A stretch of DNA of 64,000 bases from Pseudomonadota bacterium. Its GTDB lineage: Bacteria > Bdellovibrionota_B > Oligoflexia > Silvanigrellales > Silvanigrellaceae. Made by a program: the position numbers and the translations under genes. Where the stretch lies: NCBI GenBank assembly GCA_039799905.1, contig JBDLRP010000036.1, forward strand, positions 32,001-96,000. The letters are read 5' to 3'. Shown here in pieces: positions 8,717 to 22,712 of this stretch. How positions within the stretch are numbered: position 1 is the stretch's first letter; each line of letters begins with the position of its first letter. The notes under the pieces were generated by a model. It worked only from the letters and a program-made list of their open reading frames with translations. It did no database searches and had not been told where the DNA came from.

Positions 8717-12892
<4,176 letters not shown>

Positions 12893-12946
12893 GGGTTCCC
12901 TCTGAAAACTCGTGTTTGACGAAATCTTCGCATCTAGGAGCTAACG

Positions 12947-15900
12947 ATGAATGATAATCTGAGAACAGCTTACAGCTTCTTCGAAAAGCCGGTTGACCCG
13001 CTCGACTTTACGGCGGTCAAAATCGGTTTGGCGTCTCCCGAGCGCATCCGCAGTTGGTCTTTTGGTGAAGTTAAGAAGCCAGAAACAATCAACTACCGTA
13101 CCTTCAAGCCAGAGCGCGATGGTTTGTTCTGCGGAAAGATTTTTGGACCAGTGCGCGATTTTGAGTGCATCTGTGGAAAATATAAGCGTAAAAAGCACCG
13201 CGGTACGGTTTGTGAAAAATGTGGCGTTGAAGTTATCGAGAGCAAGGTTCGCCGTGAACGACTCGGTCACATCAACTTGGCATCGCCTGTTGCTCATATC
13301 TGGTTTTTAAAGTGCCTTCCTTCACGCATCGGTGCCGTCGTCGACCTCTCACTCAAGGATTTGGAAAAAATTCTTTATTGCGAGTCGTACATCGTTCTGG
13401 ATCCGCGTGAGACCGATCTCAAAAAGAACGAGCTTCTGAGTGAAGACAGGTTTCAGGCGAGTTTGCGTCAGTACGGCAACAACGCTTTCCGCGTAAGTAT
13501 CGGTGCCGACGCAATTCTCGAAATGCTTCAGGGAATTGATGTCTTTGAGCTTGCGAATCACCTTCGCGAGGCGCTCAAGAATGTGACTTCCGATGCCCAG
13601 ACAAAAAAGCTTATCAAACGCTTGAAGGTCGTCGGTGCGTTCTTGACCAGCGACAACAGCGTTGAGTGGATGATGCTGAACGTTATTCCCGTTCTGCCGC
13701 CTGACTTGCGCCCACTGGTTCCGCTCGATGGAGGCCGCTTTGCCACGTCGGATTTGAACGACCTTTATCGTCGCGTGATCAACCGTAACAACCGTCTTTT
13801 GCGATTGGGCGAACTCAACGCTCCTGACATCATTGTCCGCAACGAAAAGCGCATGTTGCAGGAAGCTGTCGACGCTTTGTTTGACAACGGCCGCCGCGGC
13901 AAGACCTTCACAGGTCCCAACAAGCGCCCGCTCCGCTCATTGTCAGACATGTTGAAGGGTAAAAACGGTCGATTCCGTCAGAACCTTCTCGGTAAGCGCG
14001 TAGACTACTCGGGACGTTCGGTGATCGTAGCCGGTCCTGAACTCAAGCTTCACCAGTGTGGTCTGCCCAAGTTGATGGCGCTGGAAATGTTCAAACCCTT
14101 CCTCTTCAACAAACTTGAAGAGCGTGGCTTCGTTTCAACCATCAAGAGCGCGAAAAAGATGGTCGAAAAAGAGCGTCCCGAAGTTTGGGATTTGCTTGAA
14201 GAAGTGACCAAAGAACATCCGGTACTTCTTAACCGTGCTCCAACGCTCCACCGTCTGGGAATTCAGGGCTTCGAGCCCGTTCTCGTCGAAGGAAAAGCCT
14301 TGCAGTTGCACCCGCTCGTATGTCAGGCGTTCAACGCCGACTTCGACGGTGACACGATGTGTGTGCACGTGCCTTTGAGCTTGGAAGCGCAAATTGAAGC
14401 ACGCGTTCTGATGATGTCGACAAATAACATTCTGTCGCCTCAGCACGGTACTCCGATTATTGAGCCTACCAAGGACATCGTTCTCGGACTCTACTATTTG
14501 ACCCGCGAAAACGTCGGTTCAAAAGGCAGCGGCATGAAATTTGCCGACCTGAGCGAAGTGCGTGCTGCATATGACCATGGCCGTATTGATGTCCATGCTC
14601 GCGTGCACGTCCGTGCGAAGCCATCGGACAAGACCCTGACACAAACGACTGTCGGTCGAGTGATTCTTCGCGAAGTGGTTCCAAACCGCGTTCCGTTCTT
14701 CGAAAAATACAACAAGGCAATGGACAAGAAGAGCCTCTCGGCTCTTGTGAACGAAACCTATCGTTTGTGTGGAGCCAAGGACACAGTTCTGCTGGCTGAC
14801 GCGCTGCGTGAGCTCGGTTACCGCCATGCAACTCAAGCCGGCATTTCCATCTCTATTAAGGACATGGTGATTCCCGCAGAAAAAACTGCGTTGTTGGGCA
14901 AAGCGCATGAAGAAGTGCGCACGGTACATGAAGAGTACAATCAGGGACTCATCACCGAAGGCGAGCGTCACAACAAGGTGATCGACATCTGGTCACGCGT
15001 GCAGGACGACATTGCTGAACACATGTTCAAGCAAATTTCGACGCAGAAGGTCAAAGACGAGACGGGCAAGGACACAATCATCCCCTCATTCAACTCTTTG
15101 TTCATGATGGCCGATTCCGGTGCACGTGGTAGCAAGTCTCAGATGCGCCAGTTGGCTGGTATGAGAGGCTTGATGGCCAAGGCAACGGGTGAAATCATCG
15201 AGACCCCAATCACGGCAAACCTCCGTGAAGGCCTCACTGTGTTGCAGTACTTCATCAACACGCACGGCGCGCGTAAAGGTCTGGCAGATACGGCTCTCAA
15301 GACCGCGTCTTCAGGTTACCTGACGCGTCAGCTTGTCGACGTCGCGCAAGACACGATCGTTTCAGAATACGATTGTGGAACAATGGACGGCATCGAGATG
15401 ACTCCCGTGATCGAAGGCGGTGAAGTTATCCAGAAGCTGGGTAACCGAATCCTTGGCCGTACCTCGCTTGAAGATGTTAAGAACCGCACAACCGGCGAAA
15501 TTATCGTAAAAGCAAACGAAGAAATGTCGGAAGAGGTCAATGCAAAGCTCGAGGCTGCGAAGATCGACCGCGTTAAAGTTCGTTCGGTATTGACCTGCCG
15601 CACCCGCCGTGGTGTCTGTGCGAAGTGCTACGGACGTGACCTTGCTACAGGTAACCTCGTGAACGTTGGCGAGGCTGTCGGCGTCATTGCTGCTCAGTCG
15701 ATTGGTGAGCCAGGAACTCAGCTCACAATGCGTACGTTTCACCAAGGTGGTGCTGCTTCAACGCAGGCTCAGCAGTCTTCTCATGAAGCCAAGGTGGAAG
15801 GAACGGTCAAAATCCTCAATTCGAACCTCGTTCGCGGTAAGGAAAAAGGCAAAGACCAAAACTGGTTCCGCGCAATGGGTCGTAACGGTGAAATCGTGGT

Positions 15901-17140
15901 CTATGACCTTGATGGTAACGAGCGCGATCGTCACTCGATTCCATATGGTGCGAAGGTCTTCGTCAAAGACGGCCAAAACATCGCTGTTGGCAATCAGTTG
16001 ATCGAGTGGGACCCCCACTCAGTCGTTATCGTTGCTGAAGTGGCCGGTAAGGTTCGCTATAGCGACATGGAAGAAGGCGTCTCGTACGAAGAGCGTCAGG
16101 AAGAAACAACGGGTATTTCACGTCGCGTTATTCTCGAGACGCGTGATGCCAAAATTAAGCCTGCATTGTTGGTGACCGATTCCAGTGGAACGGCGGTCAA
16201 GATTTCTCAAACACGTGATGCCAAGTATCTGCTGCCCAGCGGTGCGACGGTCATGTTTGCCGATGGCGAGTCTGTGTTCCCTGGCGATATTCTTTCGAAG
16301 ATTCCTCGCGAACAGGCCAAGACACGCGACATTACGGGTGGTCTGCCCCGCGTTGCCGAGCTTTTCCTCGCTCAGAAGCGTCGTACATTTGCGATCATTT
16401 CTGAGATCGATGGCTACGTCAGCTTCGGTAAGGATACCAAGGGCAAGCGCTGCGTGGTTGTGAAACCGGAAATCGGTGACCACAAAGAGTACCTAATTCC
16501 AAAGGGGCGCCACGTTGTCGTGACTGAAGGAGACTTCATCCGCGCCGGCGAACCGCTTGTGGATGGTTCACTCAACCCGCACGATATTCTTCGTGTTTTG
16601 GGTGAGAAGGCACTTGCAAGCTACTTGGTTTCTGAGATTCAGGCCGTTTATAAGCTTCAGGGCGTGCCAATTGACGATAAGCACATCGAAATTATCGTTA
16701 AGCAGATGCTCCGTCGCGTGAAAATCAAGGACCCAGGAGATACCGAGTTCCTTCCTGCAGCTCAGGTTGAGAAGTGGACATTCGAAGAGCAGAATGAGCT
16801 TGCGGTTGCTCGCGGTGCTCGTCCTGCCGTGGCTGAGCCCTTGCTTCTTGGTATTGCCCGGGCGGCCTCGTCAACGGAGTCGTTCATTTCGGCTGCCTCG
16901 TTCCAGGAAACGACAAAGGTTCTTACAGAAGCTTCGTTGTCCGGCCGCGTAGACCTTTTGCGTGGTCTGAAAGAAAACGTCATCATGGGTCGCCTGATTC
17001 CTGCAGGTACGGGAGTCAACTTGTACAAGAATGTTGATATGTTCGTTGAGGGCCAGACACTTGATGCCGAAGCCATTATTGAGGCGGCAACACCTTCGAT
17101 GGTTGCACGTCTTGGTGGTCATGCGCATAACTACCGATAA
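12947..17140 (+). CDS. rpoC: RNA polymerase beta' subunit
   Basis: 1397 aa; zinc-binding Cys motifs, catalytic [20 protein letters not shown] trigger loop. Confidence 0.99.
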   Translation: MNDNLRTAYSFFEKPVDPLDFTAVKIGLASPERIRSWSFGEVKKPETINYRTFKPERDGLFCGKIFGPVRDFECICGKYKRKKHRGTVCEKCGVEVIESKVRRERLGHINLASPVAHIWFLKCLPSRIGAVVDLSLKDLEKILYCESYIVLDPRETDLKKNELLSEDRFQASLRQYGNNAFRVSIGADAILEMLQGIDVFELANHLREALKNVTSDAQTKKLIKRLKVVGAFLTSDNSVEWMMLNVIPVLPPDLRPLVPLDGGRFATSDLNDLYRRVINRNNRLLRLGELNAPDIIVRNEKRMLQEAVDALFDNGRRGKTFTGPNKRPLRSLSDMLKGKNGRFRQNLLGKRVDYSGRSVIVAGPELKLHQCGLPKLMALEMFKPFLFNKLEERGFVSTIKSAKKMVEKERPEVWDLLEEVTKEHPVLLNRAPTLHRLGIQGFEPVLVEGKALQLHPLVCQAFNADFDGDTMCVHVPLSLEAQIEARVLMMSTNNILSPQHGTPIIEPTKDIVLGLYYLTRENVGSKGSGMKFADLSEVRAAYDHGRIDVHARVHVRAKPSDKTLTQTTVGRVILREVVPNRVPFFEKYNKAMDKKSLSALVNETYRLCGAKDTVLLADALRELGYRHATQAGISISIKDMVIPAEKTALLGKAHEEVRTVHEEYNQGLITEGERHNKVIDIWSRVQDDIAEHMFKQISTQKVKDETGKDTIIPSFNSLFMMADSGARGSKSQMRQLAGMRGLMAKATGEIIETPITANLREGLTVLQYFINTHGARKGLADTALKTASSGYLTRQLVDVAQDTIVSEYDCGTMDGIEMTPVIEGGEVIQKLGNRILGRTSLEDVKNRTTGEIIVKANEEMSEEVNAKLEAAKIDRVKVRSVLTCRTRRGVCAKCYGRDLATGNLVNVGEAVGVIAAQSIGEPGTQLTMRTFHQGGAASTQAQQSSHEAKVEGTVKILNSNLVRGKEKGKDQNWFRAMGRNGEIVVYDLDGNERDRHSIPYGAKVFVKDGQNIAVGNQLIEWDPHSVVIVAEVAGKVRYSDMEEGVSYEERQEETTGISRRVILETRDAKIKPALLVTDSSGTAVKISQTRDAKYLLPSGATVMFADGESVFPGDILSKIPREQAKTRDITGGLPRVAELFLAQKRRTFAIISEIDGYVSFGKDTKGKRCVVVKPEIGDHKEYLIPKGRHVVVTEGDFIRAGEPLVDGSLNPHDILRVLGEKALASYLVSEIQAVYKLQGVPIDDKHIEIIVKQMLRRVKIKDPGDTEFLPAAQVEKWTFEEQNELAVARGARPAVAEPLLLGIARAASSTESFISAASFQETTKVLTEASLSGRVDLLRGLKENVIMGRLIPAGTGVNLYKNVDMFVEGQTLDAEAIIEAATPSMVARLGGHAHNYR

Positions 17141-17167
17141 TTTGGCTACTTAGGCCGAGTAAAGACG

Positions 17168-17199
17168 AGCCCCGAAACCTGCGTTCGGGGCTTTTTTTT
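17168..17199 (+). terminator. Rho-independent terminator after rpoC
   Basis: AGCCCCGAA-acctgcg-TTCGGGGCT followed by a run of T. Confidence 0.9.
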
Positions 17200-17238
17200 A
17201 TTTAGAAATTCGCATGGAATCTATTTTTTAAGGTTTAC

Positions 17239-17268
17239 TTGACAAGGTTTCGGCTGTTGGATATGGCT
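17239..17268 (+). promoter_or_regulatory. Putative sigma70 promoter of the S10 operon
   Basis: Perfect TTGACA at 17239-17244, 17-nt spacer, weak -10 TATGGC; AT-rich tract upstream; lies between the rpoC terminator and rpsJ. Confidence 0.5.
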
Positions 17269-17294
17269 CGAGGCCCATACTTGGAGATGTCTAG

Positions 17295-17606
17295 ATGGAA
17301 AGCCAAAAAATTCGCATTCGTCTTAAGGGATATGACGTAGCGCTCGTAGATCAGAGCGTTGCGCAAATTATTAGCAAGGCTAAAGGTACTGGCGCGCGCA
17401 TTGCGGGTCCTGTTCCGATGCCCACTCTCATCAACCGCTATACGGTTTTGCGTTCACCGCATGTGGACAAGAAATCACGTGAGCAGTTCGAAATCAGAAC
17501 TCACCGCCGTTTGATCGACCTGCTCGAGCCCAAACAGCAGACGGTGGATGCTCTGATGAAGCTCGACCTCGCTGCCGGCGTGGATGTTGAGATTAATCTT
17601 TACTAA
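17295..17606 (+). CDS. rpsJ: 30S ribosomal protein S10
   Basis: [31 protein letters not shown]. Confidence 0.98.
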   Translation: MESQKIRIRLKGYDVALVDQSVAQIISKAKGTGARIAGPVPMPTLINRYTVLRSPHVDKKSREQFEIRTHRRLIDLLEPKQQTVDALMKLDLAAGVDVEINLY

Positions 17607-17688
17607 CGAGGACACTCCGCAATAGTGCGGGGTGTTTATTGACAAACTGGCGCTGCGAATGACTCGCATCCAGTCCGAGGGAAGTCAT

Positions 17689-18240
17689 ATGATTCGTAAT
17701 GCATTTATCAAGGTCGGCATGACCAGTGCATTTACCGAAGCGGGAGAAGCGCAGGGCGTGACCGTTCTGCGTCTGCAACCTGCGAAGGTTGTTCGTCACG
17801 AGAGTCTCCAAGATGGGCGCACTCTGGTTGTCGTTGAGTACGATACCGGTGCAAAAAAGAAGACAACTCGTGGTTGGGCAGTTCAAAATGCCGCTGAATT
17901 TCCAGTCGGCTCATCTGTTGCCTCACCTGCTTTGACAGCAGGCCAGCTCGTCAAACTGACGGGAATCTCCAAAGGTAAAGGTTTTCAGGACGCAGTGACA
18001 CGCCACGGCTTTGCCGGCGGTCCTGCAAGTCATGGTAGCCGTTTCCATCGTGCTCCTGGTTCTGTCGGTATGCGTACCGAACCAGGCCGTACCCCTAAGG
18101 GTAAACGCCTGCCGGGTCATCACGGCGATTCACAAGTCACCCTGCGCAAAGTTCAGGTTGCATACTGGTCAGGCGACGAAGCAATTCTCGCTGTGGTCGG
18201 TGGTGTACCGGGACCTCGCGGCGGCCTCGTATTCATTTAA
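17689..18240 (+). CDS. rplC: 50S ribosomal protein L3 (short, divergent)
   Basis: KVGMT, SKGKGFQ, ASHGSRFHRAPGSVG, VPGPRGGLV; position in S10 operon; ATG 17689 after GAGGGA gives 183 aa. Confidence 0.93.
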   Translation: MIRNAFIKVGMTSAFTEAGEAQGVTVLRLQPAKVVRHESLQDGRTLVVVEYDTGAKKKTTRGWAVQNAAEFPVGSSVASPALTAGQLVKLTGISKGKGFQDAVTRHGFAGGPASHGSRFHRAPGSVGMRTEPGRTPKGKRLPGHHGDSQVTLRKVQVAYWSGDEAILAVVGGVPGPRGGLVFI

Positions 18241-18263
18241 TTAGGCGAGTGAGGAACACTGAG

Positions 18264-18860
18264 ATGTTGTCGCAAATTAAAACATTACCAAGTTGGTTGG
18301 CAGAAGGTGCTGAAAAAAGCGAAGGCACGCTGTGGCAAGTCGTGAAGGCTTATCGTGCTAACCGTCGTCAGGGCACTGTTGGCGTAAAGACTCGCGCAAT
18401 GGTCGCTTCGACTGGCAAAAAGCCCTACAAACAGAAGAAAACCGGTAGTGCACGCCGTGGTTCATTTGTCTCCCCGCTGCATGTTGGCGGTGGTGTTGCT
18501 CACGGTCCAAAGGCTCGTGACTACCGTGAAGCTATCCCGAGCAAGATGGCAAACGTTGCTCTTCAAATTGCACTTGCTCACCGTGTTAAAGCTGGAAAGG
18601 TTTTCACTGGTGCTGTGGAAATTCCTTCCGGAAAAACAAAAGACGCATGGAAACTCTTTAAGGAGATTGACGAGAAGGCAGGAAAAGTTCTTGTTTGTCT
18701 GTCGAATCCCTCCGAGCTGACCTTGCGCGCAGTCCGCAACATCCGTGGTGTTGTGCTTGTCAAACCAGAGCAAGTCACTGCCCTTGACATCGTCGAGTGC
18801 AGAAAACTTGTTGCGACCGGAGAGGCGATGGAAATCCTCTCTCGCCGACTCACGAAGTAA
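18264..18860 (+). CDS. rplD: 50S ribosomal protein L4
   Basis: RANRRQGT..VKTR, KKPYKQKKTGSARRGS, GGGVAHGPK; start ATG 18264 or GTG 18249. Confidence 0.95.
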   Translation: MLSQIKTLPSWLAEGAEKSEGTLWQVVKAYRANRRQGTVGVKTRAMVASTGKKPYKQKKTGSARRGSFVSPLHVGGGVAHGPKARDYREAIPSKMANVALQIALAHRVKAGKVFTGAVEIPSGKTKDAWKLFKEIDEKAGKVLVCLSNPSELTLRAVRNIRGVVLVKPEQVTALDIVECRKLVATGEAMEILSRRLTK

Positions 18861-18871
18861 AGGGGTGAGAG

Positions 18872-19198
18872 ATGCGTTCTGATCTCGTAATTCTTGGTTC
18901 GATTCTGAGTGAGAAAGCTGTCACGCTTTCTGCACAAAATGTCTTTGCACTCAAAGTGGCAAAGAAGGCGTCGAAAGCTGATGTTTCCAAAGCAGTCAAA
19001 GCCGTATTCGGCGTCGATGTGCTCGAAGTCAACACAGCAATCGTCCGTGGTCGCGTCGCGCGCAAGGCTCGCAGCAAAAGTGCTGGCCCTGTGACCGTGA
19101 AGGCACCAAACTATAAGAAGGCATACGTTCGGTTGAAAGAAGGTCAGACACTGCCTGTAGCAGGTCTGGTCGCAGCAGAAACCGAGCAAGGTAAGTAA
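18872..19198 (+). CDS. rplW: 50S ribosomal protein L23
   Basis: SEKA, AVKAVFGVDV.EVNT, YKKAYVRLKEGQ; synteny. Confidence 0.93.
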   Translation: MRSDLVILGSILSEKAVTLSAQNVFALKVAKKASKADVSKAVKAVFGVDVLEVNTAIVRGRVARKARSKSAGPVTVKAPNYKKAYVRLKEGQTLPVAGLVAAETEQGK

Positions 19199-19248
19199 TT
19201 ATTGGGGCGCGGAAAATTACCTCGTTATCGCGCCCTTAGGAGAGGTTT

Positions 19249-20082
19249 ATGGCAATTCGTCAGATGCGGCCCTACACGGCCACCACGCGGTTCCAGAGCT
19301 ATATCAAGTACCGCGAAGTTTTGACTACGAACGAGCCCTTCAAAGGTTTGCTCGAGCCGCTGCCCAGGAAAGCAGGACGCAACAACAATGGTCGCATTGT
19401 GGTTCGTCATCAAGGCGGCGGAAATAAGCGCAAGTATCGTGTCATCGACTGGAAGCGGACTCGTCGCAACATCGAAGGCGTTGTAACTAGCGTCGAGTAC
19501 GATCCGAACCGCACGGCTTTTATTTCGTTGGTTCAGTATAAAGATGGCGATCGTCGTTATCATTTGGCTACGACTGGCGTGACAGTCGGAACCAAAATCC
19601 TCAACTCCGAAGAAGCAGATATCAAGCCAGGAAACAGCTTGCCAATGCGCAAGATTCCTGCTGGTACAGCAATCCACAGCATCGAGCTCAAGCCGGGCGC
19701 AGGTGCCAAGTTGGTTCGCAGCGCCGGTGGATCTGCAACTCTTGTGGGTCGTGTCGAAGGCTACGCACAGGTGCGTATGCCATCAGGTGAACTCCGCATG
19801 ATTCCAGAAAACTGCTACGCGACGGTTGGTACAGTTTCAAACGCTGACCATATGAACGTTTCGCTGGGCAAAGCTGGTCGCGCTCGTTGGATGGGCAAGC
19901 GTCCTGCGGTTCGTGGTGTTGCAATGAACCCAATCGACCATCCGATGGGTGGTGGTGAAGGGCGCACATCAGGTGGCCGTCATCCGTGCTCTCCATGGGG
20001 TCAGTTGGCGAAGGGTTACAAGACCCGCCGCACTGCTAGACCAAGTGACAAGTTCATCATTAGTCGCCGCAAGAAGAAGTAA
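19249..20082 (+). CDS. rplB: 50S ribosomal protein L2
   Basis: GRNNNGRI, EYDPNRTAFI, VRGVAMNPIDHPMGGGEG. Confidence 0.99.
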   Translation: MAIRQMRPYTATTRFQSYIKYREVLTTNEPFKGLLEPLPRKAGRNNNGRIVVRHQGGGNKRKYRVIDWKRTRRNIEGVVTSVEYDPNRTAFISLVQYKDGDRRYHLATTGVTVGTKILNSEEADIKPGNSLPMRKIPAGTAIHSIELKPGAGAKLVRSAGGSATLVGRVEGYAQVRMPSGELRMIPENCYATVGTVSNADHMNVSLGKAGRARWMGKRPAVRGVAMNPIDHPMGGGEGRTSGGRHPCSPWGQLAKGYKTRRTARPSDKFIISRRKKK

Positions 20083-20096
20083 GAGGGGTTTGAAGT

Positions 20097-20372
20097 ATGC
20101 CACGTTCGTTAAAAAAGGGCCCATTCATTGATGGTCACCTGCTGAAGGCGGCGGATAAGAATAAGGGTGCAGGAAAGGTCATCAAGACCTGGAGCCGCCG
20201 CTCTACAATCGTTCCTGATTTTGTTGGACTTACTTTTGCAGTTCACAACGGCAAGAAGTTTGTTCCTGTTTATGTGAATGAAAACATGGTCGGCCATAAG
20301 CTCGGTGAGTTTGCTCCGACACGAACCTTCTTCGGCCATGGGGCTGACAAGAAGACGGCTAAGAAGAAGTGA
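20097..20372 (+). CDS. rpsS: 30S ribosomal protein S19
   Basis: [33 protein letters not shown]. Confidence 0.99.
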   Translation: MPRSLKKGPFIDGHLLKAADKNKGAGKVIKTWSRRSTIVPDFVGLTFAVHNGKKFVPVYVNENMVGHKLGEFAPTRTFFGHGADKKTAKKK

Positions 20373-20383
20373 GGGGGAGTGAT

Positions 20384-20707
20384 ATGAACGCTAAAGCTTC
20401 GCATTACGCAGCAAAGTGCACGCCCCGCAAAGCGCGTCTTCTGCGTCCACTGGTCAAAGGCAAGACGGCAGCTGCCGCGGTTGCACTTCTCAGCGCTGAA
20501 AGACGCGCTGGATCGGTTGCAACAATCAAATTGATTAAATCTGCCATGGCGCAACTTCCCAAGGAACTGGCGGCCAACGCGGTAGTAGCGGATTTGGTGG
20601 TGAATGAAGGTCCTCGTCGTACGACCTACATGCCTCGCGCTCAAGGACGCGCGTCGCCTGTAACGAAGAAGACATCGCACTTAACAGTTCGCTTGGCACT
20701 TGGTTGA
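20384..20707 (+). CDS. rplV: 50S ribosomal protein L22 (divergent)
   Basis: TPRKARL, KLIKSA, VNEGP, PRAQGRA, KTSHLTV; synteny. Confidence 0.93.
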   Translation: MNAKASHYAAKCTPRKARLLRPLVKGKTAAAAVALLSAERRAGSVATIKLIKSAMAQLPKELAANAVVADLVVNEGPRRTTYMPRAQGRASPVTKKTSHLTVRLALG

Positions 20708-20719
20708 GGGGGAATCGCA

Positions 20720-21412
20720 GTGGGACAGAAAGTAAATCCTATCGGATTGCGCTTGGGTATTAATAAGACTTGGGATTCCCGTTGGTTCAGCCAGCGCGAC
20801 TTCGCGCGTTACCTCAACGAGGATCTCAACGTTCGCAAGTTCATCTCCAAGAAATACGGATCAGTCGACGTGGCTGGCGTTTCAAAGATTGAAATTGAGC
20901 GCGCCGCAAAACAGTTGATTGTGAAGATCTACACCGCCAAGCCGGGCCGGATTATCGGTAAGCAAGGCAAGGGAATTGAGGTTTTGAGAGACGAAATCAA
21001 AAGTCTTCTCAAGCAGCCCGAGCGTACAGTGAAAGTTGACATCTTTGAGGTCAAGAATGCTGATACGAACGCACAGTGGAGCGCTTTGAACGTTGCTCAG
21101 CAGCTTGAAAAGCGTATCTCGTTCCGTCGTGCAATGCGCAAAGTAATGCAGTCGGCAATGAAAGCTGGTGCCAAAGGAATTAAGGTTCGCGTCTCCGGAC
21201 GTCTGAACGGCGCAGAAATGGCTCGTACGGAGTGGTACATGGAAGGACGCGTTCCTCTCCACACGCTTCGTGCGGACATCGACTACGCAACTGCAGAGGC
21301 AAAGACAACCTACGGCATCATTGGCGTTAAGGTGTGGATCTTCAAGAATGAAATCTTCGGCAAGGGCGTTCCCGGACGGGAAGGCCGTACGCCTCGCTCG
21401 AATGAGGAGTGA
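20720..21412 (+). CDS. rpsC: 30S ribosomal protein S3
   Basis: [41 protein letters not shown]. Confidence 0.99.
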   Translation: MGQKVNPIGLRLGINKTWDSRWFSQRDFARYLNEDLNVRKFISKKYGSVDVAGVSKIEIERAAKQLIVKIYTAKPGRIIGKQGKGIEVLRDEIKSLLKQPERTVKVDIFEVKNADTNAQWSALNVAQQLEKRISFRRAMRKVMQSAMKAGAKGIKVRVSGRLNGAEMARTEWYMEGRVPLHTLRADIDYATAEAKTTYGIIGVKVWIFKNEIFGKGVPGREGRTPRSNEE

Positions 21413-21418
21413 TGGACG

Positions 21419-21844
21419 ATGTTAGCTCCAAAGAAAGTTAAATTTCGTAAGTCCCACAAGGGACGTATCAAGGGTGTTGCGGACCGTTGTAACACAGTTT
21501 CTCTCGGTGACTTCGCTCTTCAGGCTGTTGAGCCTGGAAAGCTGACCTCGCGTCAGATTGAAGCAAGCCGAATTGCCTTGACTCGCCACATTAAGCGTGG
21601 TGGTAAGGTGTGGATTCGCGTGTTTCCGGACAAGCCGATCACCAAGAAGCCAGCTGAAACACGTATGGGTTCTGGTAAAGGCGGCTTGGATCACTGGGTT
21701 GCACCAATTCGCGCTGGTCGCGTGGTGTTTGAAATTCAGGGTATTCCCGAAAATCTCGCACAGGAAGCTTTCGCGCTGGCAGCTGCGAAACTTCCCTTCA
21801 AGACTCGGGTTGTGTCCCGCGCTGCTAAGGTTTGGGAGGTCTGA
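21419..21844 (+). CDS. rplP: 50S ribosomal protein L16
   Basis: [35 protein letters not shown]. Confidence 0.99.
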   Translation: MLAPKKVKFRKSHKGRIKGVADRCNTVSLGDFALQAVEPGKLTSRQIEASRIALTRHIKRGGKVWIRVFPDKPITKKPAETRMGSGKGGLDHWVAPIRAGRVVFEIQGIPENLAQEAFALAAAKLPFKTRVVSRAAKVWEV

Positions 21845-22041
21845 TGAGCTCGAAGAAGACGAAAGAAACGATTTCACCAGCCGACGCAGCTGCACGCAAG
21901 CGCGAGCTCGCGAAGGATCTCGTGAAGTTCCGCGTATCGCTTGATCCAAGCACGATTGCATCGGGCAAAGGTCCGGTCCAACTCCGCCGTGAGTTGCGTG
22001 TCCTTGGCCGCGCAGCAGCCGCGAACAGCAAGAAGAAGTGA
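21844..22041 (+). CDS. rpmC: 50S ribosomal protein L29 (highly divergent)
   Basis: 65-aa basic helical ORF coupled to rplP (TGATG), between rplP and rpsQ; residual EL..DL..FR and LRRELR pattern; assigned mainly by synteny. Confidence 0.75.
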   Translation: MSSKKTKETISPADAAARKRELAKDLVKFRVSLDPSTIASGKGPVQLRRELRVLGRAAAANSKKK

Positions 22042-22051
22042 GGAGTAGCCA

Positions 22052-22306
22052 GTGACAACGACTGATAAAGTAACAAAGAACCCCGTGAGAGCGCGCGTCG
22101 TAGGCCTGTCCAAGGACGGGAAAACTGCGAAAGTTGAAGTTCCTCGCGTTGTTGTAGCCGAACGTTATGGTAAGCGCCTTCAACGTGAAATCTCGCTTCA
22201 CGTTGATACTGCCGACACGAAGGTGATGGAAGGCAAGGAAGTCATGATTCTTCCCTGCCGTCGTATTTCGAAGACCAAGAGCTGGAAAGTAGTTTCCGTT
22301 ATTTAA
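22052..22306 (+). CDS. rpsQ: 30S ribosomal protein S17 (divergent)
   Basis: KTAKVEV, RYGK, CRRISKTKSWKVV; synteny. Confidence 0.92.
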   Translation: MTTTDKVTKNPVRARVVGLSKDGKTAKVEVPRVVVAERYGKRLQREISLHVDTADTKVMEGKEVMILPCRRISKTKSWKVVSVI

Positions 22307-22332
22307 TTTGTTGAGATTTTAAGAGGTGTATC

Positions 22333-22710
22333 GTGATTCAACCGGAATCCATCCTGGTAGCAGCTGATAACAGCGGAGCGCGATCACTCAACGTTATTCG
22401 CGTCATGGGCGGCTCGTTCCGCCGTTACGCGCGCGTTGGTGACTTGATCGTAGTTTCCGTCAGAGACGCTGTGCCTGGAGGCCGTGTGAAAAAAGGTGAA
22501 GTTCACAAGGCCATCGTCGTCAGATGCAAAAAAGAAGTGTCTCGCGCTGACGGATCAAGCATCCGTTTTGACGAAAACGCAGCTGTTCTTGTCAAAATTG
22601 TCAAGAACGAACGTGAGCCAATCGGCACCCGTATCTTCGGGCCCGTTGCTCGTGAACTGCGCGCTCGCAACTGCGGAAAAATCATTAGTCTTGCTCCGGA
22701 GGTCTTGTAA
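22333..22710 (+). CDS. rplN: 50S ribosomal protein L14
   Basis: [39 protein letters not shown]. Confidence 0.99.
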   Translation: MIQPESILVAADNSGARSLNVIRVMGGSFRRYARVGDLIVVSVRDAVPGGRVKKGEVHKAIVVRCKKEVSRADGSSIRFDENAAVLVKIVKNEREPIGTRIFGPVARELRARNCGKIISLAPEVL

Positions 22711-22712
22711 TT

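Noticed and set aside
17639..17644. Perfect TTGACA between rpsJ and rplC
   Set aside because: No plausible -10 element 16-18 nt downstream
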